From an uncultured Bacteroidaceae bacterium (GTDB taxonomy: Bacteria > Bacteroidota > Bacteroidia > Bacteroidales > SM23-62), in assembly GCA_964406005.1 (NCBI GenBank), contig CAYOPZ010000005.1:5370-69369 (forward strand): 64,000 bases of DNA. The letters are read 5' to 3'. A program made the position numbers and the translations under genes. The notes under the pieces are model-generated. The model was given only the letters and a program-made list of their open reading frames with translations, was not told the DNA's origin and searched no databases. Position 1 is the first letter of the stretch. Every line of letters starts with the position of its first letter. This document shows, piece after piece, positions 54,941 through 64,000 of this stretch.

Positions 54941-56239
54941 TTAGAGAAATTTTCGCCTCAGATCCTGGATTTCGTTGTCCCCGAGGGGTACGAGTTCCCC
55001 GAGAGGTGCGCACATGACAAGTGATTTTGCACTGAATTCCGCGACTTCCAGCCGGTCAAAGGTCTGAAGCAGTTTATCCCCCGTGACCAGTACGGCATCG
55101 TTTTGTATGATCAGGGCGGGGGTGTTCTCATTGAGCAGGTCCGGAATGTCACTGTCGGAAAGGAACTGGTGGCCGAAAGGGACAACGGGGATATCCTGCA
55201 GGAAGATCCAGCTTTCCGGAATGGTCCTGACATCGAGCCTGGTTTTGGTGACCCCGAAAGACATGATGTTGGGCGCCTGTGTATTGATGATTGAATTGAT
55301 ATGCGGGCCTTTCGCGTAAATCCTCTCATGCACCTTCGCCGCCCTGCTGGGAAGCTTTCCTTTTTCGCGTTTCCCGTCCCTGATCAGGACAATGTCCTGA
55401 AGGTCAAGCTCCCACCTCGGAACGCCGGTCGGAGTAATAAGGAAATCATTCCCCTCCAGCCTGACCGATACGGTCCCGTACGAACCGATCATGAGGCCTT
55501 GTTCACAGGCCCTGCGCACCAGGTTGCAGATGTTCCTGCGGCTCGAGAGTTCGTCCGTGGTATGCGTTGTCGCCTCAAATTCAGGCAGATCACCCGGGAT
55601 CTGGCTTTCGAATTCACTTATCTGGTCATCTGTCAGGTAGACGGGCTCCCCGACCGTGGATGCCCCTATTATGGTCCGGCAGGCAAATTCAAAGGTTTCA
55701 AACCTTATGAATGCATCCATAAGGTCGTTGCCTCCCACCACCGTCCCGTGGTTTTCCATCACAACCGCATTGTGCCCTTTTTTGAATTCGGCTGCGATCA
55801 CCTTTCCCAGCCCTTCTCCTCCCGGAATGGAATACTTTGCATACCCGATGGTCCCGCAGATGTGCTTTGCCTGGGGTATGACATTCATATCGGGGACCTT
55901 CCGGACTATGCTGAACGAGACAAGTGCCGGCGGATGTGCATGGATCACCGCCCTGATGTCGGGCCTTGCCTGGTAAACTGCCTTATGGAACGGAAATTCC
56001 GACGAAGGCTTGTGATGGCCCTTCACCGTCCCGTCTTTCCTGACGCAGACAATGTCCTTCCTGTCGAGCGATCCCTTGTCGATGGCAGACGGTGTGACCC
56101 AGATATCCCCGGAGTCATCGATGATGGATATATTCCCGCCCGATGTGGTGGTCATACCGGCATTATAGATCCTGCCGATGATCTCCGTGATCTGGTCACG
56201 GGGATGCATTAATTTCGTATCCAGTTTCTTGTACTGCAT
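54941..56239 (-). CDS. Tandem class II aldolase/adducin-domain protein (second domain degenerate)
   Basis: 432 aa. Domain 1 has SGGNISI, VIHAHPPAL and MENHGTVV. Domain 2 has SYGTVSV, but IINTQAPNI and IQNDAVLV replace the His/metal motifs. Confidence 0.85.
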   Translation of the reverse strand: MQYKKLDTKLMHPRDQITEIIGRIYNAGMTTTSGGNISIIDDSGDIWVTPSAIDKGSLDRKDIVCVRKDGTVKGHHKPSSEFPFHKAVYQARPDIRAVIHAHPPALVSFSIVRKVPDMNVIPQAKHICGTIGYAKYSIPGGEGLGKVIAAEFKKGHNAVVMENHGTVVGGNDLMDAFIRFETFEFACRTIIGASTVGEPVYLTDDQISEFESQIPGDLPEFEATTHTTDELSSRRNICNLVRRACEQGLMIGSYGTVSVRLEGNDFLITPTGVPRWELDLQDIVLIRDGKREKGKLPSRAAKVHERIYAKGPHINSIINTQAPNIMSFGVTKTRLDVRTIPESWIFLQDIPVVPFGHQFLSDSDIPDLLNENTPALIIQNDAVLVTGDKLLQTFDRLEVAEFSAKSLVMCAPLGELVPLGDNEIQDLRRKFL

Positions 56240-56251
56240 GGTTTTAAATCG

Positions 56252-57514
56252 TTAAATCCTTTTTCCGTTTTCCAGCAGGAATGCCTCGGCCTCGGCATTC
56301 CACAGGCCCCTGTGCTTCCTGCATATTTCCGCCAGCCCTGCAAACAATTCGTTTTCCCTGCCTTTTTCCTGAAAATCGCTTATGGCCGTCAAGGGCATAT
56401 CGAGATGGGTATAGATCAGTTTCTTGCCTCCGGGCAGGGTGGGCAGGTTGCGGGTGGCATACATGACCGAATTGAGCCCCCCGACGTGCGTAACCAGGTA
56501 GGCCGGGTTCAGCCTGCCCCCGGCCATCATCCCGATGACCCTCCGGATGTCATCCGTATTCCCTGCATTTGTGGCCACAATGTGTGTGGCATTGTAATGG
56601 GCGTTGTAGAAATTGAATTCCGCACTGAACTTCGGATCGGCCGGACCCGCAAAAAAATTCAGGCAGCCGTCGGTGGCCAGCAGGCGGTCCGCCTGCTCGA
56701 CGAGCGGCTTGACGGGAGCAAAAATGAGGATGTCGTCAAAACCGTTATTTTCGCCCGTTAATGCTCTCAGGCGGGCTTCCGCCTCCGGCTGTCCGGCCGT
56801 ATTGACATATTTCAGATCCATCCCCTGGCCTGCAGCTTCTTCCACGGTGATCAGCCCTGCGATATAATCCAGGCGTTCCTGGTCGATGTCCGTTACAACA
56901 AGCAGGGACGGCCTCCTGTTGGTATGCACTATAAAATCGATGGCTGCCGTTCCCATGGGGCCGGCAGCGCCCAGCATGGCCATTCTGCCTCCTTCCCTGA
57001 TGCCCATTTCATGGACATATGAACCGAAACGGGTATGGTAGTGCGCCTCGAAGGTTCCTGCCACGCAGGAGTAAGGTTCCGCAAGGGAACTGATGAAATA
57101 GGAATCCGCCTCGAAAGGTATGATGCAGTTCCGCTCCAGGTACACTGCCGGTATGATGACATGGGTCGCATCGCCCCCGAAGTATTCGAATGAATAGCCG
57201 GCGGCCTCCAGGGTGAGCTCCCCCAGTGCAGGTTGCACCGTGAACTTGTCTCCCGCCTTGAATGAATCCTTCCACCTGTCCCCGATCTCAAGCATCTTCC
57301 CTGCAAATTCATGTCCGATGATCACCGGCCTGTCCGCGACATTACCGGGCACACGCTTGTGATCCCCGCCCTGTTTGCTTGCCTTGTATGACGACATGCA
57401 AAGGCTGTCCGAAATGACCTCGGCCAGGATCTCGTCATCCCTGATGGCAGGCAGCTCGAACTGTTCCAGCCGCAGATCGTCTTTTCCGTATAGTCTTACT
57501 GCTTTGGTTTTCAC
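56252..57514 (-). CDS. Zn-dependent medium-chain alcohol/polyol dehydrogenase-like protein
   Basis: 420 aa. GroES-like N-terminus (DSLCMSSYK, IIGHEFAG) and Rossmann region (MLGAAGPMGTAAIDF). Confidence 0.8.
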   Translation of the reverse strand: MKTKAVRLYGKDDLRLEQFELPAIRDDEILAEVISDSLCMSSYKASKQGGDHKRVPGNVADRPVIIGHEFAGKMLEIGDRWKDSFKAGDKFTVQPALGELTLEAAGYSFEYFGGDATHVIIPAVYLERNCIIPFEADSYFISSLAEPYSCVAGTFEAHYHTRFGSYVHEMGIREGGRMAMLGAAGPMGTAAIDFIVHTNRRPSLLVVTDIDQERLDYIAGLITVEEAAGQGMDLKYVNTAGQPEAEARLRALTGENNGFDDILIFAPVKPLVEQADRLLATDGCLNFFAGPADPKFSAEFNFYNAHYNATHIVATNAGNTDDIRRVIGMMAGGRLNPAYLVTHVGGLNSVMYATRNLPTLPGGKKLIYTHLDMPLTAISDFQEKGRENELFAGLAEICRKHRGLWNAEAEAFLLENGKRI

Positions 57515-57609
57515 ACGAAAGTATTTAAATTAAACATCATGTTATCAATATGTTATTAACTCCGTTTTTATTACGGATTTTTTTACAGGTACATAATAAT
57601 TATTTCAGG

Positions 57610-59577
57610 TCAACGCAACATATTCTGTCCTCCCGTAACCGGGACGGCCTGACCGGTCTCATACTCCTGCTCCAGGATGTAGAGCACGGCTTTCAGCACA
57701 TCCTCCGTCCGGCATCCCCGGCCCAGGGGCACCTGTTCCTCATAGTGCTTTCTGACATCTTCAATGTTTTTTGCTCCCGGGACCTTTCCCGCCTTCAGAT
57801 ACTGTACGAACAGCCCGTTTTCGGGATCCGACCAGAGCGGGCCTTCAAAAAAATTCCCCGGGCATATGGAATTCACCTTGATCCTGCAGGGCGCCAGTTC
57901 CAGCGCGAAGGACTGTGTCAGGCCTATCCCCCCGAATTTTCCGCCTGCATAGGCAAAATTCTTCCTGCTGCCCGCAAGCCCGGATTTCGAGTTTACCTGG
58001 ATGATGTCCGTGAAATGGTCCTTTTTGTATTCCTGCTGAAGCTTCAGCACCGGAACCGCATATTTAACTCCGTAAAAGTATGCATTGTAGTTGATCCGGG
58101 TTACAAGATCGAACGTGTGCTCGTCCATTTCATCCAGTCCCCCGGCACGCAGTATTCCTGCATTGCTGATGAACACATCGAATCCGCCGAACGACTCCAC
58201 GGTTCTGGCCATCAGGTTCTTCAGGCTGTCCGGGTCCGACACGTCGGTATGTACGAATATGGCCTGGTTCTTCTTTTTCGACTCCATCAGCCTGTCGCGG
58301 AACTTTTCCCCTGCCTTCCCGTTGATGTCTGCGATCACGATGTTGGCACCCTCCTGAAAAAGTCCGCCCGCAATTCCCGAACCGAATCCCATGGCAGCGC
58401 CCGTTACGATCACGGTTTTGCCCCGGACCCTGCCCCCTGCAGCATCCCCTGCGGCCGTTTTCCGCCTGTAATTCTCCACCTCCCAGGTATCGATAAAGCG
58501 GATCTGCGTGTCGGTCATGAAATGCGGTCCGCCGAAAAATCCTGAAAACCAGGAGATCTTCATCATGTCTTCGAATACATCCAGGATGATCTCCGCACCC
58601 GCGGCATTTTCGCCGGCCCCTATCATTCCGATCCCCTTCATCAGGATCACCCTCGGAAGATGCCCGTGCTCTTTCCTGAAGCCGGTGATCCGTGCTTCGA
58701 GGTTCTTCAGCACCCTCCCGGGGGCAGCGGTTCCGTCGCAGTAAATGTAGTTCGATTTGCAGTATACGATGATATCGGGTGTAAAAGGCCTGTCTATCTT
58801 CCGGTAATTCGCTTCAGATTCGAGGAAATGTTCGGTCAGGGCATTTCGCCTGATGCGGAGGGTTTTCAGGCCCTCCCCTGAAAGCAACATCCTCAGGGCC
58901 GGGACGATGCCTGTAACCTCCTGCGGGACCGGTATGTCCTGATCCGGAAGTTTCCCGGAGATCTCCGCTTCAATGGTTTTGAAAACCCTGTCGTACCGGG
59001 ACCTGATTTCCGCCGTTGTATCCGCACCCACAAAGATCCCGTGATTCTGAAGGAAAATGATGGCGGGATCCCCGCCCTCTTTTTTCCTGTAAGCGGCAAG
59101 CTGCCTTTCGATTTCCTTGAAAAGGATGTACCCCGGATCCGTGTAGGGGACATACAGGGCATCCCTTCCGAAAAGCCGCTCCACCTCTTCCTCCGCCCTG
59201 TTGCCGCACATCAGGCCGTTTACCAGGGTCGGATGAAGGTGCACGACGAACCTGAACGGGATCAGGTCATGCAGGGAGGTCTCCACCGAGGGCCTGCGGT
59301 CCTTTGTCAGGCATGCCGCCGTCAGATCGTCCTTGATCTCGCTTTCGCGCCGGAAAGGGTCTTCGGAATACTTCCCTGAAGAGATCTTCTGCAATTTCCC
59401 GCGGTCAAGCACCGCGAAACCTTCCGGGCCTATGCCGGCGAGGGCGTGGCCGCTCGCCTTGACCCATATCCTGCCGGGCGTTTTCATGGATGTGTTTCCG
59501 CCCCCGGCGATCACAAATCGCTTGTCCTTCCCGTACATGCGGGATATATCAATAAGCTGCTGAAGGTCTTTTTCCAT
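57610..59577 (-). CDS. Bifunctional class II aldolase / short-chain dehydrogenase (YuxG/RhaEW-like)
   Basis: 655 aa. N-terminal aldolase-like half (AGGGNTSMK, VVHLHPTLVNG) and C-terminal SDR (VIVTGAAMGFGSGIA, YAGGKFGGIGLTQSFA). Confidence 0.85.
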   Translation of the reverse strand: MEKDLQQLIDISRMYGKDKRFVIAGGGNTSMKTPGRIWVKASGHALAGIGPEGFAVLDRGKLQKISSGKYSEDPFRRESEIKDDLTAACLTKDRRPSVETSLHDLIPFRFVVHLHPTLVNGLMCGNRAEEEVERLFGRDALYVPYTDPGYILFKEIERQLAAYRKKEGGDPAIIFLQNHGIFVGADTTAEIRSRYDRVFKTIEAEISGKLPDQDIPVPQEVTGIVPALRMLLSGEGLKTLRIRRNALTEHFLESEANYRKIDRPFTPDIIVYCKSNYIYCDGTAAPGRVLKNLEARITGFRKEHGHLPRVILMKGIGMIGAGENAAGAEIILDVFEDMMKISWFSGFFGGPHFMTDTQIRFIDTWEVENYRRKTAAGDAAGGRVRGKTVIVTGAAMGFGSGIAGGLFQEGANIVIADINGKAGEKFRDRLMESKKKNQAIFVHTDVSDPDSLKNLMARTVESFGGFDVFISNAGILRAGGLDEMDEHTFDLVTRINYNAYFYGVKYAVPVLKLQQEYKKDHFTDIIQVNSKSGLAGSRKNFAYAGGKFGGIGLTQSFALELAPCRIKVNSICPGNFFEGPLWSDPENGLFVQYLKAGKVPGAKNIEDVRKHYEEQVPLGRGCRTEDVLKAVLYILEQEYETGQAVPVTGGQNMLR

Positions 59578-59579
59578 GT

Positions 59580-60806
59580 TCAGGCCTGTGAAGTGAATTC
59601 TTTAATAACGGCATTGCCGAGGTCTATATGGAATTTACGGCCGGAACGGCCGGTAATCCCCCTGTCATTTACCAGTCCCGTTTTTCCCCTGGCCACCAGG
59701 TACTGGTGGGCCGCCAGTGCGCAGCAGCCTTCCCAGGACACCTTTTTCAGTTCCGGGGTAAGCGCCCTGTTCTTTTCCACGCTTACCGCGATGGGAAACA
59801 GGCCCGGGGAATTGTGTTCGGTCCCGAAAGTTATAATATATTCTTTTCGATGGAAAAAATCCACGAATTCCTTCAGCTTCGCCAGGGAATTTCTTGCGGG
59901 GATCAGTTCCAGGCAGCTTACATTGAGGGATCCCAGGACCTCATCCATCCTGTCCCAGTCACTTTCGAATCCCGTCATTTTTCCATGCCTGTCGTCGAGC
60001 AGTACCGGATAGCACGGAACACCTTCCGCATTGAGAATAAAATCAATGATCCTGCCGATTTCAGGAAATGCCGCAGTATCCTCCGGTACAAAGGCCTTCC
60101 CTCCTTTTTTCAGCAGTACAGAGCGGATCTCGTTCTCGACTGCGGCTTCATCATCAGGAGCGGCGGACAACGGTTTCCCGTCAAAAAGCCTGAGGTAAAA
60201 CCCGTCCCGCGCCTGCTCCCGGGGAAAGGATTCCGCAATGCCTTCCCTTATGGCTTTGGCGATATGCCTTTCGCGGACCAGGTTTTCCGCATATTTCTCC
60301 TTCACCCCTTCATAATCCAGGCCGAACGGCGCACCCGCCGACCGGAGGTGTGCGTCTGCCTTCCGGATCATTTCCCTGACCTGGTCCTGGCTCTTTACCA
60401 TAAGGTCGTCCAGAAACCCTTGATGGCGGCCGGATAATTCAAGGGGATATCTCAGGGCCTTGCCGCTGAAATATACCCTGCCGGGATTGTTGGGATCATT
60501 CACGCGTATATCTTTTTCCTGCAGCTCCTTCATCAATCCCATGAATTCGATGTTGAAAAGGGGGAATATCCTGAATTTCCCGCTCAGCCGGGCGAACTCA
60601 TCGTATCCGTCTACGGTATAGAAATCGTTTATGCCCAACACCTTCACCTTTTCATCCCCGGCCATTTCGAACATCTGGTTTATGCTGCTGAACGCGCAGA
60701 AGGAATAAGGGGAATGAAGGTGCCCGTTCACTTCGGGGACCTCCCCGTCATGCCTCCATTTTCCGATCAGGGTTTCGCTGTCCGGGAATTGTTTGAACCA
60801 TTCCAT
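59580..60806 (-). CDS. PHP-domain-like metal-dependent hydrolase, unknown function
   Basis: 408 aa. N-terminal HLHSPYSFCAF...VLGINDFYTVDGY resembles the PHP HxH start. The start lies 27 nt after the E1 stop and the stop lies 2 nt before the next gene. Confidence 0.55.
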   Translation of the reverse strand: MEWFKQFPDSETLIGKWRHDGEVPEVNGHLHSPYSFCAFSSINQMFEMAGDEKVKVLGINDFYTVDGYDEFARLSGKFRIFPLFNIEFMGLMKELQEKDIRVNDPNNPGRVYFSGKALRYPLELSGRHQGFLDDLMVKSQDQVREMIRKADAHLRSAGAPFGLDYEGVKEKYAENLVRERHIAKAIREGIAESFPREQARDGFYLRLFDGKPLSAAPDDEAAVENEIRSVLLKKGGKAFVPEDTAAFPEIGRIIDFILNAEGVPCYPVLLDDRHGKMTGFESDWDRMDEVLGSLNVSCLELIPARNSLAKLKEFVDFFHRKEYIITFGTEHNSPGLFPIAVSVEKNRALTPELKKVSWEGCCALAAHQYLVARGKTGLVNDRGITGRSGRKFHIDLGNAVIKEFTSQA

Positions 60807-60833
60807 GTTGTTCCCTTATATTCGTTAAATTCA

Positions 60834-63302
60834 TTATATCCCTTTCGAGGCTCTCCACAGCTTCTTCACGCCGGAGAAGTCGTTGGCTGTCTTATGTCCT
60901 TTCAGGGGCAGTATCTTTTCGTGGACTGCATCGATCATCCATGATGCCTGCGGAAAGAAAAAATCCTCCAGTTCGTGTGCGGGAATGATCCAGTTCCTGG
61001 ATCCCACCACTACAGGCGGGGCATCAAGCTCGTCGAAGGCCAGTTCTGTGATGTTCTGTGCCATATCCTTCAGGAATGAACCCCTTTCGTTGGCATCGCT
61101 GGTCAGCAGGATCCTGCCCGTCTTTTTCACGGATTCTATAACGGGTTCATAATTGAAGGGGACAAGGGTCCTCGCATCTATAAGCTCCGCCGACAGGCCG
61201 TATTTTCCCTGCAGTATCCCGACGGCTTCCCTCGCACGGTATAACGTGGCCCCTATGCTCAGTATCGTGATGTCGCTCCCTTCCCTCTTGATATCGGGTT
61301 CGCCCAGGGGGATCTCGTAATATCCCTCAGGCACCCCTTCTGTGTGAAACTCCTCCCCCATCCCGTAAATCCGCTGGCTTTCGAAGAAAATGACCGGGTC
61401 CGTGCCCTGAAGGGCCGCATTCATCAGTCCCTTGGCATCGTAGGGCGTGGCGGGAAACACTACCTTGATCCCGGGGATATGGGCCACCAGGGAGGACCAG
61501 TCCTGGGAGTGCTGCGCACCGTACTTGGAACCCACCGACACCCTCACCACAACGGGCATCCTGATAAGGTTCCCGCTCATGGCCTGCCACTTGGGCAGCT
61601 GGTTGAACACCTCGTCACCCGAGCGGCCCAGGAAATCGCAGTACATGATCTCCGGGATCACCCGCCCGCCGCACATACCGTAACCTATTGCCGTGCCTAC
61701 GATCGCGCCTTCCGATATGGGTGCATTGAACAGTCGGTGGTAGGGCAAGGCCTCCGTCAGACCGCGGTAGACGGCAAAGGCCCCGCCCCAGTCGCGGTTC
61801 TCCTCACCGTATGCCACCAGGGTGGGATCCTTGTAGAAACGGTCGATAATGGCTTCGAATATCCCGTCCCGCAACTGGTATTGCCTGAGCCCGGAAAAGG
61901 GTTTTCCTTCCTTGTCGAATGCATATCTTTCCTTCTTTGCGATCTGCTGCACCCTCGGGTTTTCCTCCATCGGGATGGAAACTTCCGGTTCCCTGTCTTC
62001 CATCCGGTCGAGGGAAGTGTCCGAAAACATCATCTCCCCGATCAGCTCGGGCGACCTGACCAGGTCCATCCGCGGCGATGTCTTTTCGTCGACAACCCGG
62101 TCCACCGTCCATTTTACAATCTTCTCCACCTCCGTTTTGATTTTGTTGATCTCCGGTCTCGAAGCCACCCCGTTATTCATCAGTTCTTCCCCGAAGGTAA
62201 TGATGGAATCCACCTTTTGCCAGGCTTCCAGTTCTTCCTTGCTCCGGTAGGTGGATGCATCGGAAGGCGAGTGCCCGCTGAAACGGTATGTCAGTACATC
62301 GAGGAAAACCGGACCCTGCTTTTGCCTGATTACGTCGATCTTCCTGCGGTAGGCGTCAATGACGGCAAGCGGGTTGTACCCGTCCACCCGTTCGGCATGC
62401 ATGTTATGCTTGTTGAGCGCGGCGCCCGCACGGGCGGCAATCTCGTAACCCATGGTCTCCCCGCAGGTTTGCCCGCCCATGCCGTACTGGTTGTTCACGA
62501 TGTTGATGATCAGGGGCAGCCCCCCCTTCTGGTCTCCTTTCCACAGCTGGGTGAACTGGTCCATCGTAGCGAATGCCATGCCTTCCCATACGGGTCCGCA
62601 TCCCAGGGAGGCATCCCCGATATTTGCCACCACGATACCCGGTTTACGGTTCACTTTCTTGTACAATGCCGCGCCAACGGCAATGTCTCCCGAGCCCCCG
62701 ACTATGGCATTGTTGGGATAAATCCCGAAAGGCGTGAAGAAGGCATGCATGGAACCTCCCAGTCCCTTGTTAAAACCCGTCTCGCGGGCAAAGATCTCTG
62801 CCAGGGTGCCGTACAGCAGGAACCTGACGGCAAGGGAGGGTATATCCCCGCTGTGATCCTTTTCCACGACAGACAGGATCCTTCCCCCGAAATAATTCTT
62901 CATGACATCCGTCAGCGCGGCATCATCCAGCTTCCGGATGGCCGACAGTCCCTTGGCAAGAATTTCGCCGTGAGACCGGTGGGAACCGAAAATATAGTCG
63001 TCCCTGTCCAGCAGATAGGCCATTCCCACTGCCGCGGCCTCCTGTCCGATCGACAGGTGGGCGGGACCCGGGTGATTGTAAGGGATCCCCTTGTATTCTC
63101 CCGTGGTTTTTACCAGGTTCAGCATGGACTCGAATTCCCTGATGATCACCATATCACGGAATATTTGCATGAAATCCTCCTTTGAAAAATTCGATTTTTC
63201 CTCCTCAAAGGCCTTGTCATAAACATTCAGCGGGATCGGATCGATCTTGAGTGATCTGGGTTTCCTTATCTCAACCGGATCGATAAATTGTGTCTTGGGC
63301 AT
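60834..63302 (-). CDS. Fused E1 alpha-beta component of a 2-oxoacid/acetoin-type TPP-dependent dehydrogenase
   Basis: 822 aa. Alpha half (LSIGQEAAAVGMAY, GSHRSHGE, IGDASLGCGPVWEGM, NNQYGMGG) and beta half (LRDGIFEAIIDRF, YGEENRDWGGAFAVYRGL, FNAPISEGAIVGTAIGYGM). Confidence 0.88.
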   Translation of the reverse strand: MPKTQFIDPVEIRKPRSLKIDPIPLNVYDKAFEEEKSNFSKEDFMQIFRDMVIIREFESMLNLVKTTGEYKGIPYNHPGPAHLSIGQEAAAVGMAYLLDRDDYIFGSHRSHGEILAKGLSAIRKLDDAALTDVMKNYFGGRILSVVEKDHSGDIPSLAVRFLLYGTLAEIFARETGFNKGLGGSMHAFFTPFGIYPNNAIVGGSGDIAVGAALYKKVNRKPGIVVANIGDASLGCGPVWEGMAFATMDQFTQLWKGDQKGGLPLIINIVNNQYGMGGQTCGETMGYEIAARAGAALNKHNMHAERVDGYNPLAVIDAYRRKIDVIRQKQGPVFLDVLTYRFSGHSPSDASTYRSKEELEAWQKVDSIITFGEELMNNGVASRPEINKIKTEVEKIVKWTVDRVVDEKTSPRMDLVRSPELIGEMMFSDTSLDRMEDREPEVSIPMEENPRVQQIAKKERYAFDKEGKPFSGLRQYQLRDGIFEAIIDRFYKDPTLVAYGEENRDWGGAFAVYRGLTEALPYHRLFNAPISEGAIVGTAIGYGMCGGRVIPEIMYCDFLGRSGDEVFNQLPKWQAMSGNLIRMPVVVRVSVGSKYGAQHSQDWSSLVAHIPGIKVVFPATPYDAKGLMNAALQGTDPVIFFESQRIYGMGEEFHTEGVPEGYYEIPLGEPDIKREGSDITILSIGATLYRAREAVGILQGKYGLSAELIDARTLVPFNYEPVIESVKKTGRILLTSDANERGSFLKDMAQNITELAFDELDAPPVVVGSRNWIIPAHELEDFFFPQASWMIDAVHEKILPLKGHKTANDFSGVKKLWRASKGI

Positions 63303-63308
63303 TTTTTC

Positions 63309-64000
63309 TTATTGTTTTAATAAATCCTGATCAAAGTCTTCAATTTCTTTTTTAATCCCTGCAAGGAACAGGGTTGCCGGACCGCCGTCCAGTGCCCTGT
63401 GGTCGTAGGTAAGTGAAAGTCCGATGTACGGCACGAACCCGAAGGTGCCGTCTTCCATCCGTGCCGGCCTTTCCATAATGGTATTCACGCCCAGTATTCC
63501 TGCCTGCGGGAGGTTGACGACGGGGGTGAACATCTCCACACCGTAATTGCCCAGGTTGGATACCGTAAAGCTGGCGGCATCCGGCTGCAGAAGGTCAGGG
63601 TCTATCTTTCCGCTATGGCAGGCCTGTGCCAGGCCCTTCAACTGTTCCGACAGGCCCGCCAGTGAATAATCATCCGCATTGCGCAATACCGGTACCATCA
63701 GTCCCCTTTCCGTATCCACCGCCATCCCGAGGTGGACCTTCCGGAAGCGGCGTATGGAATCACCCAGGAAATGAACATTCGCGTCCGGGTGGGATTTAAG
63801 CGCCCTTACGACGGCATAGCAGACCATGTCGTTCAGGGTGATGTTATAGGCATAACTTTCTTCGGACTGCATTTTCTTTACCCTGCTGCGAATCGACAGG
63901 ATCTTCCTGGCGTCTGCGCTGAGATGATGTGTAAGCTGAGCGGAATTCTGCAGGGAAGCATGCATGGCGCCTGCGATCAGCCTTCGGATATTGCTCAGTG
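63309..64000 (-). CDS. E2 dihydrolipoamide acyltransferase, catalytic domain (5' part beyond window)
   Basis: The frame stays open through the window end (...LSNIRRLIAGAMHASLQNSAQLTHH). The catalytic motif is SLTYDHRALDGGPATLFL. Confidence 0.85.
   Translation of the reverse strand, partial: LSNIRRLIAGAMHASLQNSAQLTHHLSADARKILSIRSRVKKMQSEESYAYNITLNDMVCYAVVRALKSHPDANVHFLGDSIRRFRKVHLGMAVDTERGLMVPVLRNADDYSLAGLSEQLKGLAQACHSGKIDPDLLQPDAASFTVSNLGNYGVEMFTPVVNLPQAGILGVNTIMERPARMEDGTFGFVPYIGLSLTYDHRALDGGPATLFLAGIKKEIEDFDQDLLKQ

Noticed and set aside
55301-60437. Several 190-330-aa + strand ORFs (55301..56212, 57550..58545, 59446..60012, 59628..60437)
   Set aside because: All are antisense to strongly supported - strand enzyme genes and have Arg/Pro/Gly-skewed, motif-free translations.
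61344-63185. 613-aa ORF on the + strand, the longest unannotated ORF in the window
   Set aside because: It lies entirely antisense to the E1 alpha-beta gene, whose translation carries unmistakable TPP-enzyme motifs. The antisense product is Arg/Gly/Pro/His-rich with no recognisable motif, so it is a typical shadow ORF.
1-64000. Looked for CRISPR arrays, rRNA/tRNA genes, transposases, integrases, reverse transcriptases, toxin-antitoxin pairs and known defence-system genes
   Set aside because: None was recognisable in any frame or in the intergenic regions by eye. A computational scan (tRNAscan-SE, Infernal, DefenseFinder/PADLOC) would be needed to exclude small or divergent elements.

Overview
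This 64-kb chromosomal window has Bacteroidota hallmarks: an ExbB-ExbD-ExbD-TonB cluster with PstS-like and TPR genes, a CarboxypepD_reg-type TonB-dependent receptor, many lipoproteins, and TAnnTTTG -7 boxes. I call about 52 protein-coding genes. I saw no rRNA, tRNA, CRISPR array, transposase, integrase or phage gene. All family calls come from motif recognition by eye, with no database search. Layout: (1) 1-17.5 kb, + strand, is a very tightly packed operon. It encodes a Wsp-like chemosensory core: a REC tail at the window edge, CheW, CheR-TPR, CheW, a CHASE3-HAMP MCP, CheA::REC and CheB. The core runs straight into three paralogous REC-PAS-HisKA-HATPase-REC hybrid kinases with a PP2C/SpoIIE phosphatase wedged between them, followed by a LuxR-type response regulator. 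This is my best candidate for an undescribed signalling system. The third kinase has Asn in place of the phospho-accepting His. (2) 17.5-22.8 kb holds a GNAT/YoaP-like gene, a lipoprotein, a DUF5916/CBM9-like gene and an NmrA-like gene. (3) About 22.96-25.5 kb is a visibly AT-rich two-gene island with a MEDS-domain protein and a Cys-motif hybrid kinase. (4) 25.5-33.6 kb holds a DUF4493/lamin-tail lipoprotein and a DeoR-controlled sugar operon (glycerol-kinase-like FGGY kinase, FucI-family isomerase, GRP/RhaT-like permease, split transketolase). (5) 33.9-38.5 kb holds an F420/NADP-reductase-like gene and an unusual feo locus: a DtxR-family repressor, a membrane-anchored DtxR-FeoA-FeoA fusion, and FeoB split into G-domain and membrane ORFs. 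(6) 38.7-48.2 kb holds tandem secreted paralogs, a truncated beta-carbonic-anhydrase-like ORF, a peroxiredoxin, a TonB-dependent receptor with a His-rich membrane protein, and a GH3 gene. (7) 48.3-54.9 kb is the standard TonB energising cluster. (8) 54.9-64 kb, - strand, is an aldolase / Zn-ADH / aldolase-SDR / PHP / fused E1 alpha-beta / E2 catabolic cluster that runs off the window.
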